Below, piece after piece: positions 34,865 to 43,561 of a stretch of DNA of 64,000 nt. Position 1 is the first letter of the stretch; every line of letters starts with the position of its first letter. Source of the stretch: an uncultured Gammaproteobacteria bacterium. Lineage in GTDB: Bacteria > Pseudomonadota > Gammaproteobacteria > Steroidobacterales > Steroidobacteraceae. Position numbers and translations under genes: made by a program. The notes beneath the pieces are model-generated. The model had not been told where the DNA came from. It searched no databases and was given only the letters and a program-made list of their open reading frames with translations. The stretch spans positions 1,559 to 65,558 of the forward strand of contig CAWJXS010000009.1 of assembly GCA_963846885.1 (NCBI GenBank). Reading direction: 5' to 3'.

Positions 34865-35647
34865 TCAGAGCGTGCCGCCGACGCTGAACTGACGACGGCC
34901 TGCCGCGTCGGCCGGACCAAGCAATTGCAGCGAGCGCTCCATCGCGGGCGGCACCGGGCCGCGCGGTGCGAGCGTGCCTTCGAGTGCGAAATTGCGCGTG
35001 CGGCTCAGCGTGAGCTGCGCGTCCACCGCGAACGGCCCGTTCTTGTCGCTGACCTGCGCCGTCACGTTGGCGGGATCCTGCGGCACCGAGAGCGATGGCC
35101 GCGGCTGCGTCGCCGGAAACACGGCGCGGAAGCTGCCTACTGCCGCACTGCGCGGCGGGGGCGCGATCAACCCGTCGAGATCGAGCGTCCCCTGCAAGCG
35201 CGCGGGCCAGCCCTGCGTTACTTCGATGGCCGCGAACTGACCGGTGGCGTGGCCTTGCCAGCCCTTCGGCAGCCCCAGCGGCAACGCATCGAGCGCGGCC
35301 AGCGGCAGTGCGAAGTCGACCGTGCCCAGCCGGATGTCGGTGCCCGTAAACGCCACGTCGAAATCCGCGGCCAGCGCGCCATCGACGCGAGTGAGCCGCG
35401 CGTGGCCCGCGACGCGGCCCGACAACAGCTTGCGGGGCGTGATGCTCCATTCGGCGTCGCCGACAGTCGCGCCGCGCCAGGTGAGCCCAGTGGCGCGCCC
35501 TGACCAGAGCGATCCGGAGAATGCACCGGCCTCGACTCCTGACTTGCGGAGGGGCCCGGCGACGACGCCGGCCGGCAGCGTCACCAGCGCGAACGCGAGC
35601 AGGGCGAACACGCCGAGCGCGACGAGCCAGACGGTGCGTTTGGTCAC
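34865..35647 (-). CDS. gspN: type II secretion system protein N
   Basis: 260 aa with an N-terminal TM anchor. Last gene of the gsp block, immediately after gspM. Assignment rests mainly on position and size. Confidence 0.65.
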   Translation of the reverse strand: MTKRTVWLVALGVFALLAFALVTLPAGVVAGPLRKSGVEAGAFSGSLWSGRATGLTWRGATVGDAEWSITPRKLLSGRVAGHARLTRVDGALAADFDVAFTGTDIRLGTVDFALPLAALDALPLGLPKGWQGHATGQFAAIEVTQGWPARLQGTLDLDGLIAPPPRSAAVGSFRAVFPATQPRPSLSVPQDPANVTAQVSDKNGPFAVDAQLTLSRTRNFALEGTLAPRGPVPPAMERSLQLLGPADAAGRRQFSVGGTL

Positions 35648-35680
35648 GGCTGGATTTGGCTGGAGCGGAGCGCGGCGCGG

Positions 35681-36169
35681 TCAGCCCGCGGCGCCGCCCT
35701 GCTTCAGGCTGAGTGTTGCGTTGACCAGGCCGGGAGCGGCCGCGTCGATGTTGGCGGACTCGATCGTCACGCCGTATTGCTGCTGCAGGCTGCCGAGCCA
35801 GGTGACGAGCGTATCGAACGATGCCGCTTCGATGCGCAGGCGCAGTCCCGCGTCGCCGTCCGGGCTCTGGTCGCGCAGCGCTTCGCCGAGACCGGCTTCA
35901 CGCGCAGTGCGTGCCACCAGCACCACGAGCGATTCGCCGCCCGACTGTTGTGTCGCGCCTGCGGCCGCCATGGCCTGCGGGGCCGAGGCCTGCATCCAGG
36001 CCAGGTCGGCGGATTTCTGCTGCACGCGCGCGGTCATCTTCTTGCCGGACACCTGGAACGGCATGACGACGACGAGGTAGAGCAGCGCGACCGCCAGCAG
36101 TCCGCCCGCCCCGTACACCAGGTTGCGCTCGCGGGCGCTCAGGTTGTCGAGCCAGTCGCGGACGTTCAT
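35681..36169 (-). CDS. gspM: type II secretion system protein M
   Basis: 162 aa with a single N-terminal TM helix. Overlaps the gspL stop. Confidence 0.75.
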   Translation of the reverse strand: MNVRDWLDNLSARERNLVYGAGGLLAVALLYLVVVMPFQVSGKKMTARVQQKSADLAWMQASAPQAMAAAGATQQSGGESLVVLVARTAREAGLGEALRDQSPDGDAGLRLRIEAASFDTLVTWLGSLQQQYGVTIESANIDAAAPGLVNATLSLKQGGAAG

Positions 36170-37395
36170 GCGGCCCCCAGGCGGACTTGCAACCGGCCTT
36201 CGATCTGCTGGTCACGCGGGTTGGCGGATTGCAGTTCCACGGTCGCGCCTTCGCGGCTCATGGTCTGCTTGATGATGTCGAGCGTCTCGACGTTCGGGGC
36301 GAGCACGCGCAGTTCGAGCACGCCGGCCCGATAACTCATGCCCTCGACGCGCGTGGTGGGCGCCTGCGCGATCGCCTGCGCCAGCAACGACATTGCGGGC
36401 AGCAGGGCATTGCTGCCGCTGCCTGCGCGGGCGAGCACGCCCTGGATCTGTGCGCGCGGGTCGACGACCGGTTGTCCCGGCAGAATCTGGTTGAACGTCG
36501 ACTGGATCTGCGCGTCGAGCTGCTTCTCGGCTGCGTTCAGTTGCCAGAGCTTGAAGCCCTGCGCCCCGAGGAACGCCACGAGTGTTGCGACGGCCAGCGC
36601 CGCGGGCAGGCGCCATTGCTTGAGCTGCGAGCCGAAAGACGTGGGCGCCGAATACGCGCCCTGCAACAGGTTGATGGCCCGGGCGGTCGGCAACTGCGCC
36701 GCCAGCAGGGGCAGCAGGCCATCGGGCAGCAGCTTGACCTGCAGGGTGGCCGTGCGTGCACGCAGGCCTTCGACCACTTCCTGGTGCGTCTCGTACTCGG
36801 CCGAGTTGACGTAGAAAGTGACGTGCTCACCCGTTTCGCCCGGTTCGCCCAGCGCGAGGTCGAGGGCGACCGGCAGCGGTTCGGCGTCGAGCGCGTAGGT
36901 TGCTTCCAGCGGCCGGCTGACGAAGAGCGAACCTTCGTCGAGCGCGAGCACCAGTGCATTGGGCGCCGCGGGTATCAAGGACGATTCGGCATAGGCCGCG
37001 TCCGGGCGAATGCCGGCGGCGTCCCAGGCGGCCTGCCAGCGTTCGAGCGACGAGCGGGCAATGATCGCAACCGGCGTCGCACTGGTGGCGGCATCACGGG
37101 TGCCGACCGCGAAGTGCAGGTGCTCGAGATCGGAAGCGAGGTGTTCTTCGAGCGCGAAGGGCACTGCCTGCGCGATGCGCGCGGCGCCGCGCACGGGCGG
37201 GAGATCGGGGCGGGCCAGCGTGACGTCGGCCGCAGGCAGCACCACGACCGTCCGCCGGCCCTGCGAGAGGGCGAGGGCATCGGCGATCGGGCCGCTCTGC
37301 ACGTTGCCAGAGCGGGCGCCATTGGCATCGACGATCAACCACGATGCAGGCGCGTCGCTCGGCGCCCGGAGACGGATCACCAGGGTTTCAGTCAT
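36166..37395 (-). CDS. gspL: type II secretion system protein L
   Basis: ATG 37395 (MTETLVIRL...). Cytoplasmic actin-like region, one TM helix and a periplasmic domain. Located between gspK and gspM. Confidence 0.8.
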   Translation of the reverse strand: MTETLVIRLRAPSDAPASWLIVDANGARSGNVQSGPIADALALSQGRRTVVVLPAADVTLARPDLPPVRGAARIAQAVPFALEEHLASDLEHLHFAVGTRDAATSATPVAIIARSSLERWQAAWDAAGIRPDAAYAESSLIPAAPNALVLALDEGSLFVSRPLEATYALDAEPLPVALDLALGEPGETGEHVTFYVNSAEYETHQEVVEGLRARTATLQVKLLPDGLLPLLAAQLPTARAINLLQGAYSAPTSFGSQLKQWRLPAALAVATLVAFLGAQGFKLWQLNAAEKQLDAQIQSTFNQILPGQPVVDPRAQIQGVLARAGSGSNALLPAMSLLAQAIAQAPTTRVEGMSYRAGVLELRVLAPNVETLDIIKQTMSREGATVELQSANPRDQQIEGRLQVRLGAA

Positions 37396-37399
37396 ACGG

Positions 37400-38356
37400 T
37401 CATTCGGCTCCGAAACTGCGCAGGACAGGTCGCACCGTTCCGGCCCCACCGCGCGCGAGGAGACTGTACAGGGTGAACTGGGTAGTGCCAATAGTGACCC
37501 ATACGGTCGCGCGGAAGTAAGTGCTTGATTCCGAAAGTGTGTCTTTGATCAGGTCGTAGTCGGCCTGGCCCAGCGTGCCGCGCAGGTCTTCCAGGGTGGG
37601 GAAGCAGATGTCCTTGCGCCGCTGGGCGAGGTCTTCGGGGTTCAGGCTGAACTGCCGCTGCGTCGCCGAGAGCGAATCGAGCACGATGCCGGGGGCCGTG
37701 CAGACGTTGAGCTTGGTGCCGACGGGCAGGGCGGTGATGTAAGGCTGCAGGCGGCGGAACCGTTCTGCGCCGAACTCGGGCAGCACCATCAGCTCCGAGG
37801 CGCGGGTGATGGGCATGTTCGCGGCCAGGTGCGGCGGGTTCTGGCCGGTGTAGACGGAGTCCTCGGCGCCGTCCGGAAAGCCGGGCTGCACGTCGGCGTC
37901 GACCCAGTCGGCCATGGCCGCGGCCCACGTGGGCTCGATTTCCAGCATCGCGAGAATGCGCTCGAGTTGCTCCACGGCCTTGGCATTGGTGGTGCCGTCG
38001 GCGAAGACGAGGTTGTTGATGTTGAAGCGGCCCTGCATGTCCTGCAGCCGGCCCTCGACCGTGCCGACGCCTTCGTCGATCGGCAACGCGGCGAGCGACT
38101 TGGCCCAGGCTTCGCCGAAGTGATCCGTCTGCGACTCCTGCGCGTCCTGCCGCAGGATGTCGGCGGCCCAGGCCTCCGCGCCGAGCGCCACCTGGAACCC
38201 CTGGTCGAGCGCGAACAGGTTGGCGCTGCGCCGCTGGTCCATCATGCCGCGGAACGTGACATTGACCGCGAGCATCGTCGCCAGCGCGACGATCAGCACG
38301 GCCATGATCAGCGCGACACCGCGCTGGCGTGACGGCATTGGCCGTTGCGCGCGCAT
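37400..38356 (-). CDS. gspK: type II secretion minor pseudopilin K
   Basis: ATG 38356 shares 1 nt with the gspJ stop. QRGVALIMAVLIVALATMLAV N-terminus and GRFNINNL motif. Confidence 0.85.
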   Translation of the reverse strand: MRAQRPMPSRQRGVALIMAVLIVALATMLAVNVTFRGMMDQRRSANLFALDQGFQVALGAEAWAADILRQDAQESQTDHFGEAWAKSLAALPIDEGVGTVEGRLQDMQGRFNINNLVFADGTTNAKAVEQLERILAMLEIEPTWAAAMADWVDADVQPGFPDGAEDSVYTGQNPPHLAANMPITRASELMVLPEFGAERFRRLQPYITALPVGTKLNVCTAPGIVLDSLSATQRQFSLNPEDLAQRRKDICFPTLEDLRGTLGQADYDLIKDTLSESSTYFRATVWVTIGTTQFTLYSLLARGGAGTVRPVLRSFGAE

Positions 38357-38991
38357 CAGCCCGCCACCTCGATCACGCGCCTGATCTGGCCCCAGTCCTC
38401 GAGGTCGAGCGTGACTTCGACGGCTGCGGGGCGCAGGCGCTGCTGCTCGACCGGATTGCCGCCGGGCTGCGGCCACAGGTCGACCCACTCCTGCGAGGGC
38501 GCCAGGAAGCGGAACGAGACGGACCGCACGCCCGTGAGCAGCTTGTAGCGAACGGGCTCCGACGCCTGCGTGCGGTCGAGCACGCGCCAGTAGTCGCGCC
38601 AGAGGCCGTCCTGGTCGAGGCGATACGCGACGCGTTGCAACGTCGGCCGGGGGAGGCCGGCGGTGTTCGACCATCCGGCCCGCGTGAACTCGACTTTGTA
38701 TTCGATGCCTTCGCCCGCCATCAGGGCAGGCAGGCGCTGGTCGCCCAGCGGCTCGCGAATCGCGCGCGGCTCGATCTGCGTGAAATCCTGCGCCAGGGTC
38801 TGCACGGCGCGCTGGATTTCGCGGATGCGCTCGAGCCGCAGTTGCTGGTACTCGGTCTGCTTCTGCAGCTGCGTGTATCCGGACAGCGCCATCACGCCCA
38901 CGAACGTAAAGATGGCGATCGCCACCAGCACTTCGAGCAGCGTGAAGCCCTGCTGGCGCGACTCTCGGCCCGGTGTGGCAGGGCGCGTCAT
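38356..38991 (-). CDS. gspJ: type II secretion minor pseudopilin J
   Basis: Prepilin-type N-terminus QQGFTLLEVLVAIAIF. Start overlaps the gspI stop (ATGA). Confidence 0.85.
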   Translation of the reverse strand: MTRPATPGRESRQQGFTLLEVLVAIAIFTFVGVMALSGYTQLQKQTEYQQLRLERIREIQRAVQTLAQDFTQIEPRAIREPLGDQRLPALMAGEGIEYKVEFTRAGWSNTAGLPRPTLQRVAYRLDQDGLWRDYWRVLDRTQASEPVRYKLLTGVRSVSFRFLAPSQEWVDLWPQPGGNPVEQQRLRPAAVEVTLDLEDWGQIRRVIEVAG

Positions 38992-39668
38992 TCTTCCTCG
39001 GGCTGCATTTCAGGTGGCGGTACGGGCTGTTCCCCGCCGGGCGGCGGGATCATGAAGCCACCGCCTCCATTCCTGTTCTGGTCCGTCTCTTCGTCCTCTT
39101 TGTCTTTCGGCGGCGCTTCGCCGCCCGTGCCCGGCGCGCCAGCGCCGGCCCATTGCAGCGGTCCGCCGCCGCCCGCGCCGCCGATGGCCGTGCCATAGAA
39201 GCCCGAGACGCTGGCGAGCGACGTGCCCTCGGGCGCGTCGGCCCGCCGTACGATGATGTCCATGCGCCGCAGCGAAGACACCTGCGTCTGCGTGACCTTC
39301 ATCGACCACTGCCACAACTGGCCCGCGTACTCGACGCGTCCCGTCGATTCCGCGACGTCGGGCGGCGCCGACTGCAGGCGGCGCTCGGTCAGCACGTTCA
39401 TGCCGATCCAGTGCGCGAGGGTCTTGTCGCGCAGGTAGACGCCGTTGCGCGCGGACTGTGTCACCGCCTGGATGGCCGCGATCATGCCGAGCGCGACGAT
39501 CACGAGCGCGGCCAGCACCTCGATCAGCGTGAAGCCGCGATGAACATGCAGGCCCGACGAACCAGCACGGGTGCGCGGTAATTCCCGGTCGGGCCCTATC
39601 CCTGCGCTTGGAAAGGCAGACACGCGCTCCGGGAAAGGGCCCGACCGGGAATTGCCGCGCACGCGCAT
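38988..39668 (-). CDS. gspI: type II secretion minor pseudopilin I, with a long leader and a Gly/Pro/acidic C-terminal tail
   Basis: HRGFTLIEVLAALVIVALG prepilin motif and a GspI-like core. ATG 39668 (or GTG 39671) is coupled to the gspH stop. About 67 extra C-terminal residues. Confidence 0.8.
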   Translation of the reverse strand: MRVRGNSRSGPFPERVSAFPSAGIGPDRELPRTRAGSSGLHVHRGFTLIEVLAALVIVALGMIAAIQAVTQSARNGVYLRDKTLAHWIGMNVLTERRLQSAPPDVAESTGRVEYAGQLWQWSMKVTQTQVSSLRRMDIIVRRADAPEGTSLASVSGFYGTAIGGAGGGGPLQWAGAGAPGTGGEAPPKDKEDEETDQNRNGGGGFMIPPPGGEQPVPPPEMQPEEE

Positions 39669-40219
39669 CACCGGCGGGTCTCCTGCGCGTCGTCGTGCAC
39701 TTCGATCTTGCCTTCGACGGTGCCGCTGACGCGACGATTCTGGTCCGTGCCGTCACGCCTGAAGATGACGTCGAAGGGCACGAGCTCGCCGGCGGCCTGC
39801 AGCACGATCTGCGGGCTGATCGGGTCGCGCTCGGTGGCGGGCTGCCGCGGCTTCAGCTGCACGTTGCGGTCTTCGATGCGCAGCGCCATGCGCAGGCCAT
39901 CAGGCAATTGGCGCACGCGCAGCAGCGGATCGGTCTCGACGATCACCCAGCGTTCGGTGCGGCCGTCGTATTCGAGGAATTCGAAGCCGGTCTCGTCGAG
40001 GCGCAGCCCGATGTCGCGGCTCTGCATCACGGCGTCTTCGCGCGCCTGCAGCAGGATGGCCTGCAGGCGCTCGGCTTCCTGCTGCATCTGGTGGTCGCCA
40101 CCGAGCACGTTGACCGAGATCACCGCCATCGACGTCATGATGCCGATGATCACGATGACGACGAGCAGCTCGAGCAGGGTGAACCCTGCGTCGCGGCAGG
40201 CGGCCCGGCGCCGCGGCAC
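39668..40219 (-). CDS. gspH: type II secretion minor pseudopilin H
   Basis: Prepilin motif DAGFTLLELLVVIVIIGIM. I prefer GTG 40219, 4 nt after the gspG stop, giving a short basic leader. The ORF track extends to 40288, overlapping gspG. Confidence 0.75.
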   Translation of the reverse strand: MPRRRAACRDAGFTLLELLVVIVIIGIMTSMAVISVNVLGGDHQMQQEAERLQAILLQAREDAVMQSRDIGLRLDETGFEFLEYDGRTERWVIVETDPLLRVRQLPDGLRMALRIEDRNVQLKPRQPATERDPISPQIVLQAAGELVPFDVIFRRDGTDQNRRVSGTVEGKIEVHDDAQETRR

Positions 40220-40223
40220 GGCG

Positions 40224-40673
40224 TTATTCGATGTTCCAGTTGCCGATGTCGGCATCGGGTCCTTCGCCGCCCGGCTGGCCGTCTGCACCGAGGGTATAGA
40301 GGTCGTACTCGCCGCGGGTGCCCGGTGCGATGTAGGCGTAATCGTTGCCCCACGGGTCTTTCTTCATGCCGTCGATATAGCCGCCTTCCTTCCAGTTCTT
40401 GATGTTGGGGTCGGCCGGGCGCGTGACCAGCGACTGCAGTCCCTGCTCGGTGGTGGGATAGCGGAAGTTGTCCATGCGGTAGAGGTTGAGCGCGGTTTCG
40501 TAGGCGCGGATGTCCTGCTGCGCCTTGGTCACGCGCGCGTCGTCGATGCGGCGGATCACGTTGGGCGCGACGAGCGCGGCCAGGATGCCCAGGATCACGA
40601 CGACCACCATGATTTCGATCAGGGTGAAGCCGCGCTGGCGGCGCGAAACGTTGCGCAAGGCGTCGATTGTCAT
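40224..40673 (-). CDS. gspG: type II secretion major pseudopilin G
   Basis: ATG 40673. RGFTLIEIMVVVVILGILAALVAPNV... and a highly conserved GspG body (KDPWGNDY, YTLGADGQPGGEG). Confidence 0.95.
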   Translation of the reverse strand: MTIDALRNVSRRQRGFTLIEIMVVVVILGILAALVAPNVIRRIDDARVTKAQQDIRAYETALNLYRMDNFRYPTTEQGLQSLVTRPADPNIKNWKEGGYIDGMKKDPWGNDYAYIAPGTRGEYDLYTLGADGQPGGEGPDADIGNWNIE

Positions 40674-40743
40674 GTGGTGTGCCGTGGTTGACGGTAAATT
40701 TGCACGATCATAGCAAACCCCTGCTGCTGGAACCGGCGCGCGC

Positions 40744-41364
40744 GTGAACCTGGGACGACTTTCGCAACTGGCGCACGTCGATGCGCGCGCGTGGCGCGCA
40801 CCGCTCGTGCTGGGGTCGACGCTCGCGGCCATGCAGTGGCTTGCCGGCGTGCTGCCTGCAACCTTCCCCTACGACCGCACCGCCATCCTGGCCGGTGGCC
40901 AGTACTGGCGCCTGCTGACGGCCCATCTCGTCCATCACGACTTCAGTCACCTCGCCTGGAACCTCGCCGGACTGGCGCTCGTCGCCTGGCTGTTCGCGCG
41001 CGAGTTCACGCTGCGCGGCTGGATTGTCATCCTCGGGGTTTCGACACTCGCGGTCGATCTCGGGTTCCTCGTATTCGAGCCGCAGTTGCAGTGGTACGTC
41101 GGCTTCTCGGGCGTCCTGCACGGCCTGATGGCGGCGGGCCTGTGCGCATGGCTGTGGCGCTCGCCCGACGCGCTGACCGCGCTGGTGGCCGGCCTGTTCG
41201 CTTTGAAGCTCGGCTGGGAGCACGTCCGGGGTGCGCTGCCTTTCACGGCCGCGACGCTGGCCGTGCCCGTCATCCACGAGGCCCACACCTACGGCGCCCT
41301 GGGAGGCGCTGCCGCGGCCCTGTGGCTGCTCTGGCGCAAGCGCGCTGCAGGCACGCCGCTATAA
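40744..41364 (+). CDS. rrtA: rhombosortase-like rhomboid-family intramembrane serine protease
   Basis: 206 aa made only of TM helices. WRLLTAHLVHHDFSHLAWN, catalytic GFSGVLHG (GxSG) and a downstream His (HEAHTYG). Short, with no extra domains, as in rhombosortases. Confidence 0.7.
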   Translation: MNLGRLSQLAHVDARAWRAPLVLGSTLAAMQWLAGVLPATFPYDRTAILAGGQYWRLLTAHLVHHDFSHLAWNLAGLALVAWLFAREFTLRGWIVILGVSTLAVDLGFLVFEPQLQWYVGFSGVLHGLMAAGLCAWLWRSPDALTALVAGLFALKLGWEHVRGALPFTAATLAVPVIHEAHTYGALGGAAAALWLLWRKRAAGTPL

Positions 41365-41429
41365 TCGCGCCGCCAACGACTCCACGAATCATTCCGGGCC
41401 GACCGGCGGCCTGCAGGGGAAAATCGCTG

Positions 41430-42377
41430 ATGACTCTCGCATTCGTGTTTCCAGGGCAGGGTTCGCAGTCCGTCGGCATGCTCGCCGAGCTGGGCGCCGC
41501 CGAGCCCATCGTGCGCACGACGTTCGCTGAAGCGAGCGAGGTGCTCGGCTACGACCTGTGGACGCTGTGTCAGTCCGGACCGGAAGCCGACCTCGGTTCG
41601 ACGGAACGAACCCAGCCCGCGATGCTGGCGGCCGGCGTGGCCACGTGGCGAGTGTGGATTGCCCGCGGCGGCCCGCGACCGGCGGCAATGGCCGGACACA
41701 GCCTGGGTGAGTACACCGCGCTGGTGTGCTCCAACGCGATGGATTTCAGGACTGCGATCGACGTCGTGCGCTTCCGGGGCCAGGTGATGCAGCAGGCGGT
41801 GCCGCTGGGGCAGGGGGCAATGGCCGCGATCCTGGGCCTCGAAGACGCGGAGCTGGCTGCTGCCTGCAACGAGGCGGCGCAGGGCGAAGTGGTCGAGCCC
41901 GTCAACTTCAATGCGCCTGGGCAGGTCGTGATCGCCGGCAACGCCACCGCGGTGGCGCGTGCCATCGAGGCAGCGAAGGCACGTGGGGCCAAGCGCGCGG
42001 TACTGCTGCCGGTCAGCGTGCCGTCGCACAGCAGCCTGATGCTGGGCGCGGCCGAACGCCTGGCCGAAAAACTCGCCACCGTCGACGTGCGGCTGCCGGA
42101 CGTTGCCGCGGTCTACACGGTCGACGTGCGCACGCACTCGTCGCCCGCGGGCATCCGGCAGTCGCTCAAGGAACAACTGTTCAAACCCGTTCGTTGGGCC
42201 GACACCGTGCGCGCGATGCTGGCGGGCGGGGCCACGACGTTCGTCGAATGCGGGCCCGGCAAAGTGCTCACGTCCCTCAACCGCCGCATCGAACGCAAGC
42301 CCGAACTCAGGATGCTCGCGCTCGAAGATCCGGCCTCGCTTGCGGCCGCGCTCACGGCCTGTGGAGAAAACGCATGA
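41430..42377 (+). CDS. fabD: malonyl-CoA:ACP transacylase
   Basis: MTLAFVFPGQGSQSVGM, active site GHSLGEY. Confidence 0.95.
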   Translation: MTLAFVFPGQGSQSVGMLAELGAAEPIVRTTFAEASEVLGYDLWTLCQSGPEADLGSTERTQPAMLAAGVATWRVWIARGGPRPAAMAGHSLGEYTALVCSNAMDFRTAIDVVRFRGQVMQQAVPLGQGAMAAILGLEDAELAAACNEAAQGEVVEPVNFNAPGQVVIAGNATAVARAIEAAKARGAKRAVLLPVSVPSHSSLMLGAAERLAEKLATVDVRLPDVAAVYTVDVRTHSSPAGIRQSLKEQLFKPVRWADTVRAMLAGGATTFVECGPGKVLTSLNRRIERKPELRMLALEDPASLAAALTACGENA

Positions 42378-43120
42378 CCAGCCTCGCCGGGGAATTCGCG
42401 GTCGTCACCGGGGCCACGCGCGGCATCGGCCGTGCCATCGCGCTCGAGCTGGGGCGGCGTGGCGCTACGGTGGTGGGCACGGCCACGACCGAGGCGGGCG
42501 CCGAGGCCATCACCGCGGCCCTCAAGGAGGCCGGCGTTGCCGGGCGGGGGGTCGTCCTGAACGTGGCCGAAGCCGGCAGTGTCGAAGCTTGCTTCAAGGC
42601 GCTCGAGGCAGCCGCAGGCACTCCATCGATCCTCGTGAACAACGCTGGCATCACCCGCGACGGCCTGCTCATGCGCATGAGCGCCGATGACTGGCAGGCC
42701 GTGCTCGAAACCGACCTGAGCTCGGTCTACCGCACCTGCAAGGCGGTGATGCGCGGAATGATGAAGGCGCGCAAGGGCCGCATCGTGAACATCGCATCGG
42801 TGGTCGGGGTGATGGGCAACGCCGGGCAGAGCAATTACGCGGCGGCCAAGGCCGGCATGATCGGCTTCAGCAAGAGCCTCGCGCGCGAGGTGGGTTCCCG
42901 CAACATCACGGTCAACGTGGTCGCGCCGGGCTTCATCGTCACGGACATGACCCACGCGCTCGGCGAGGCCCAGAAAACGGCGCTGCTGGCCCAGGTTCCG
43001 CTCGGCAAACTCGGTTCGGCCGAGGACGTCGCGGCCGCGGTGGCCTTTCTGGCCGGGCCCGAAGCGGCCTACATCACCGGCGAAACCCTCCACGTGAACG
43101 GCGGCATGTATATGATTTAA
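42374..43120 (+). CDS. fabG: 3-oxoacyl-ACP reductase
   Basis: ATG overlaps the fabD stop. TGATRGIGRAIA, NNAGI, YAAAKAG (YxxxK). Confidence 0.95.
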   Translation: MTSLAGEFAVVTGATRGIGRAIALELGRRGATVVGTATTEAGAEAITAALKEAGVAGRGVVLNVAEAGSVEACFKALEAAAGTPSILVNNAGITRDGLLMRMSADDWQAVLETDLSSVYRTCKAVMRGMMKARKGRIVNIASVVGVMGNAGQSNYAAAKAGMIGFSKSLAREVGSRNITVNVVAPGFIVTDMTHALGEAQKTALLAQVPLGKLGSAEDVAAAVAFLAGPEAAYITGETLHVNGGMYMI

Positions 43121-43240
43121 TTGGCCTTTTGTGCCAATTGGACCCCTGACACGGGCTTAACATAGAATACGCGCCCCATGCCGGCCCTCGACAGGCCCGG
43201 ACCGGCTGATTTTGTTTCCTTCCAAAGGATCCCTACGACA

Positions 43241-43483
43241 ATGAGCAGTATTGAACAGCGAGTGAAGGCGATCGTCGCCGAGCAACTGGGCGTCAAGGAA
43301 GAGGAGGTCACCAATGAATCCTCCTTCGTCGACGATCTCGGTGCTGACTCGCTCGACACTGTGGAACTCGTGATGGCGCTCGAAGAAGAGTTCGAGACCG
43401 AAATTCCGGACGAGGACGCCGAGAAGATCACGACCGTCCAGCAGGCTATCGACTACGTCTCCGAGCGCCGCAGCCAGGCCTGA
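43241..43483 (+). CDS. acpP: acyl carrier protein
   Basis: [12 protein letters not shown]...[20 protein letters not shown] (phosphopantetheine Ser). Confidence 0.97.
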   Translation: MSSIEQRVKAIVAEQLGVKEEEVTNESSFVDDLGADSLDTVELVMALEEEFETEIPDEDAEKITTVQQAIDYVSERRSQA

Positions 43484-43495
43484 GCTGCGCCGCTT

Positions 43496-43524
43496 GCCGG
43501 ACCGCTACGGATGGCGGTCCCGGC
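43496..43524 (+). terminator. acpP-fabF intergenic stem-loop (partial terminator/attenuator)
   Basis: 10-bp stem with one bulge (gccggaccgc / gcggtcccggc) 13 nt after the acpP stop. No U-tract. Confidence 0.4.
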
Positions 43525-43561
43525 TCCAACACTCCTGCAAACCTTTTCCGGGGGACCACGC

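Noticed and set aside
38988-39200. Whether the GspI tail results from a frameshift fusing gspI to another ORF
   Set aside because: No alternative protein-like frame exists there, and the ORF ends in a standard ATGA overlap with gspJ. Treated as a genuine extension pending read verification.
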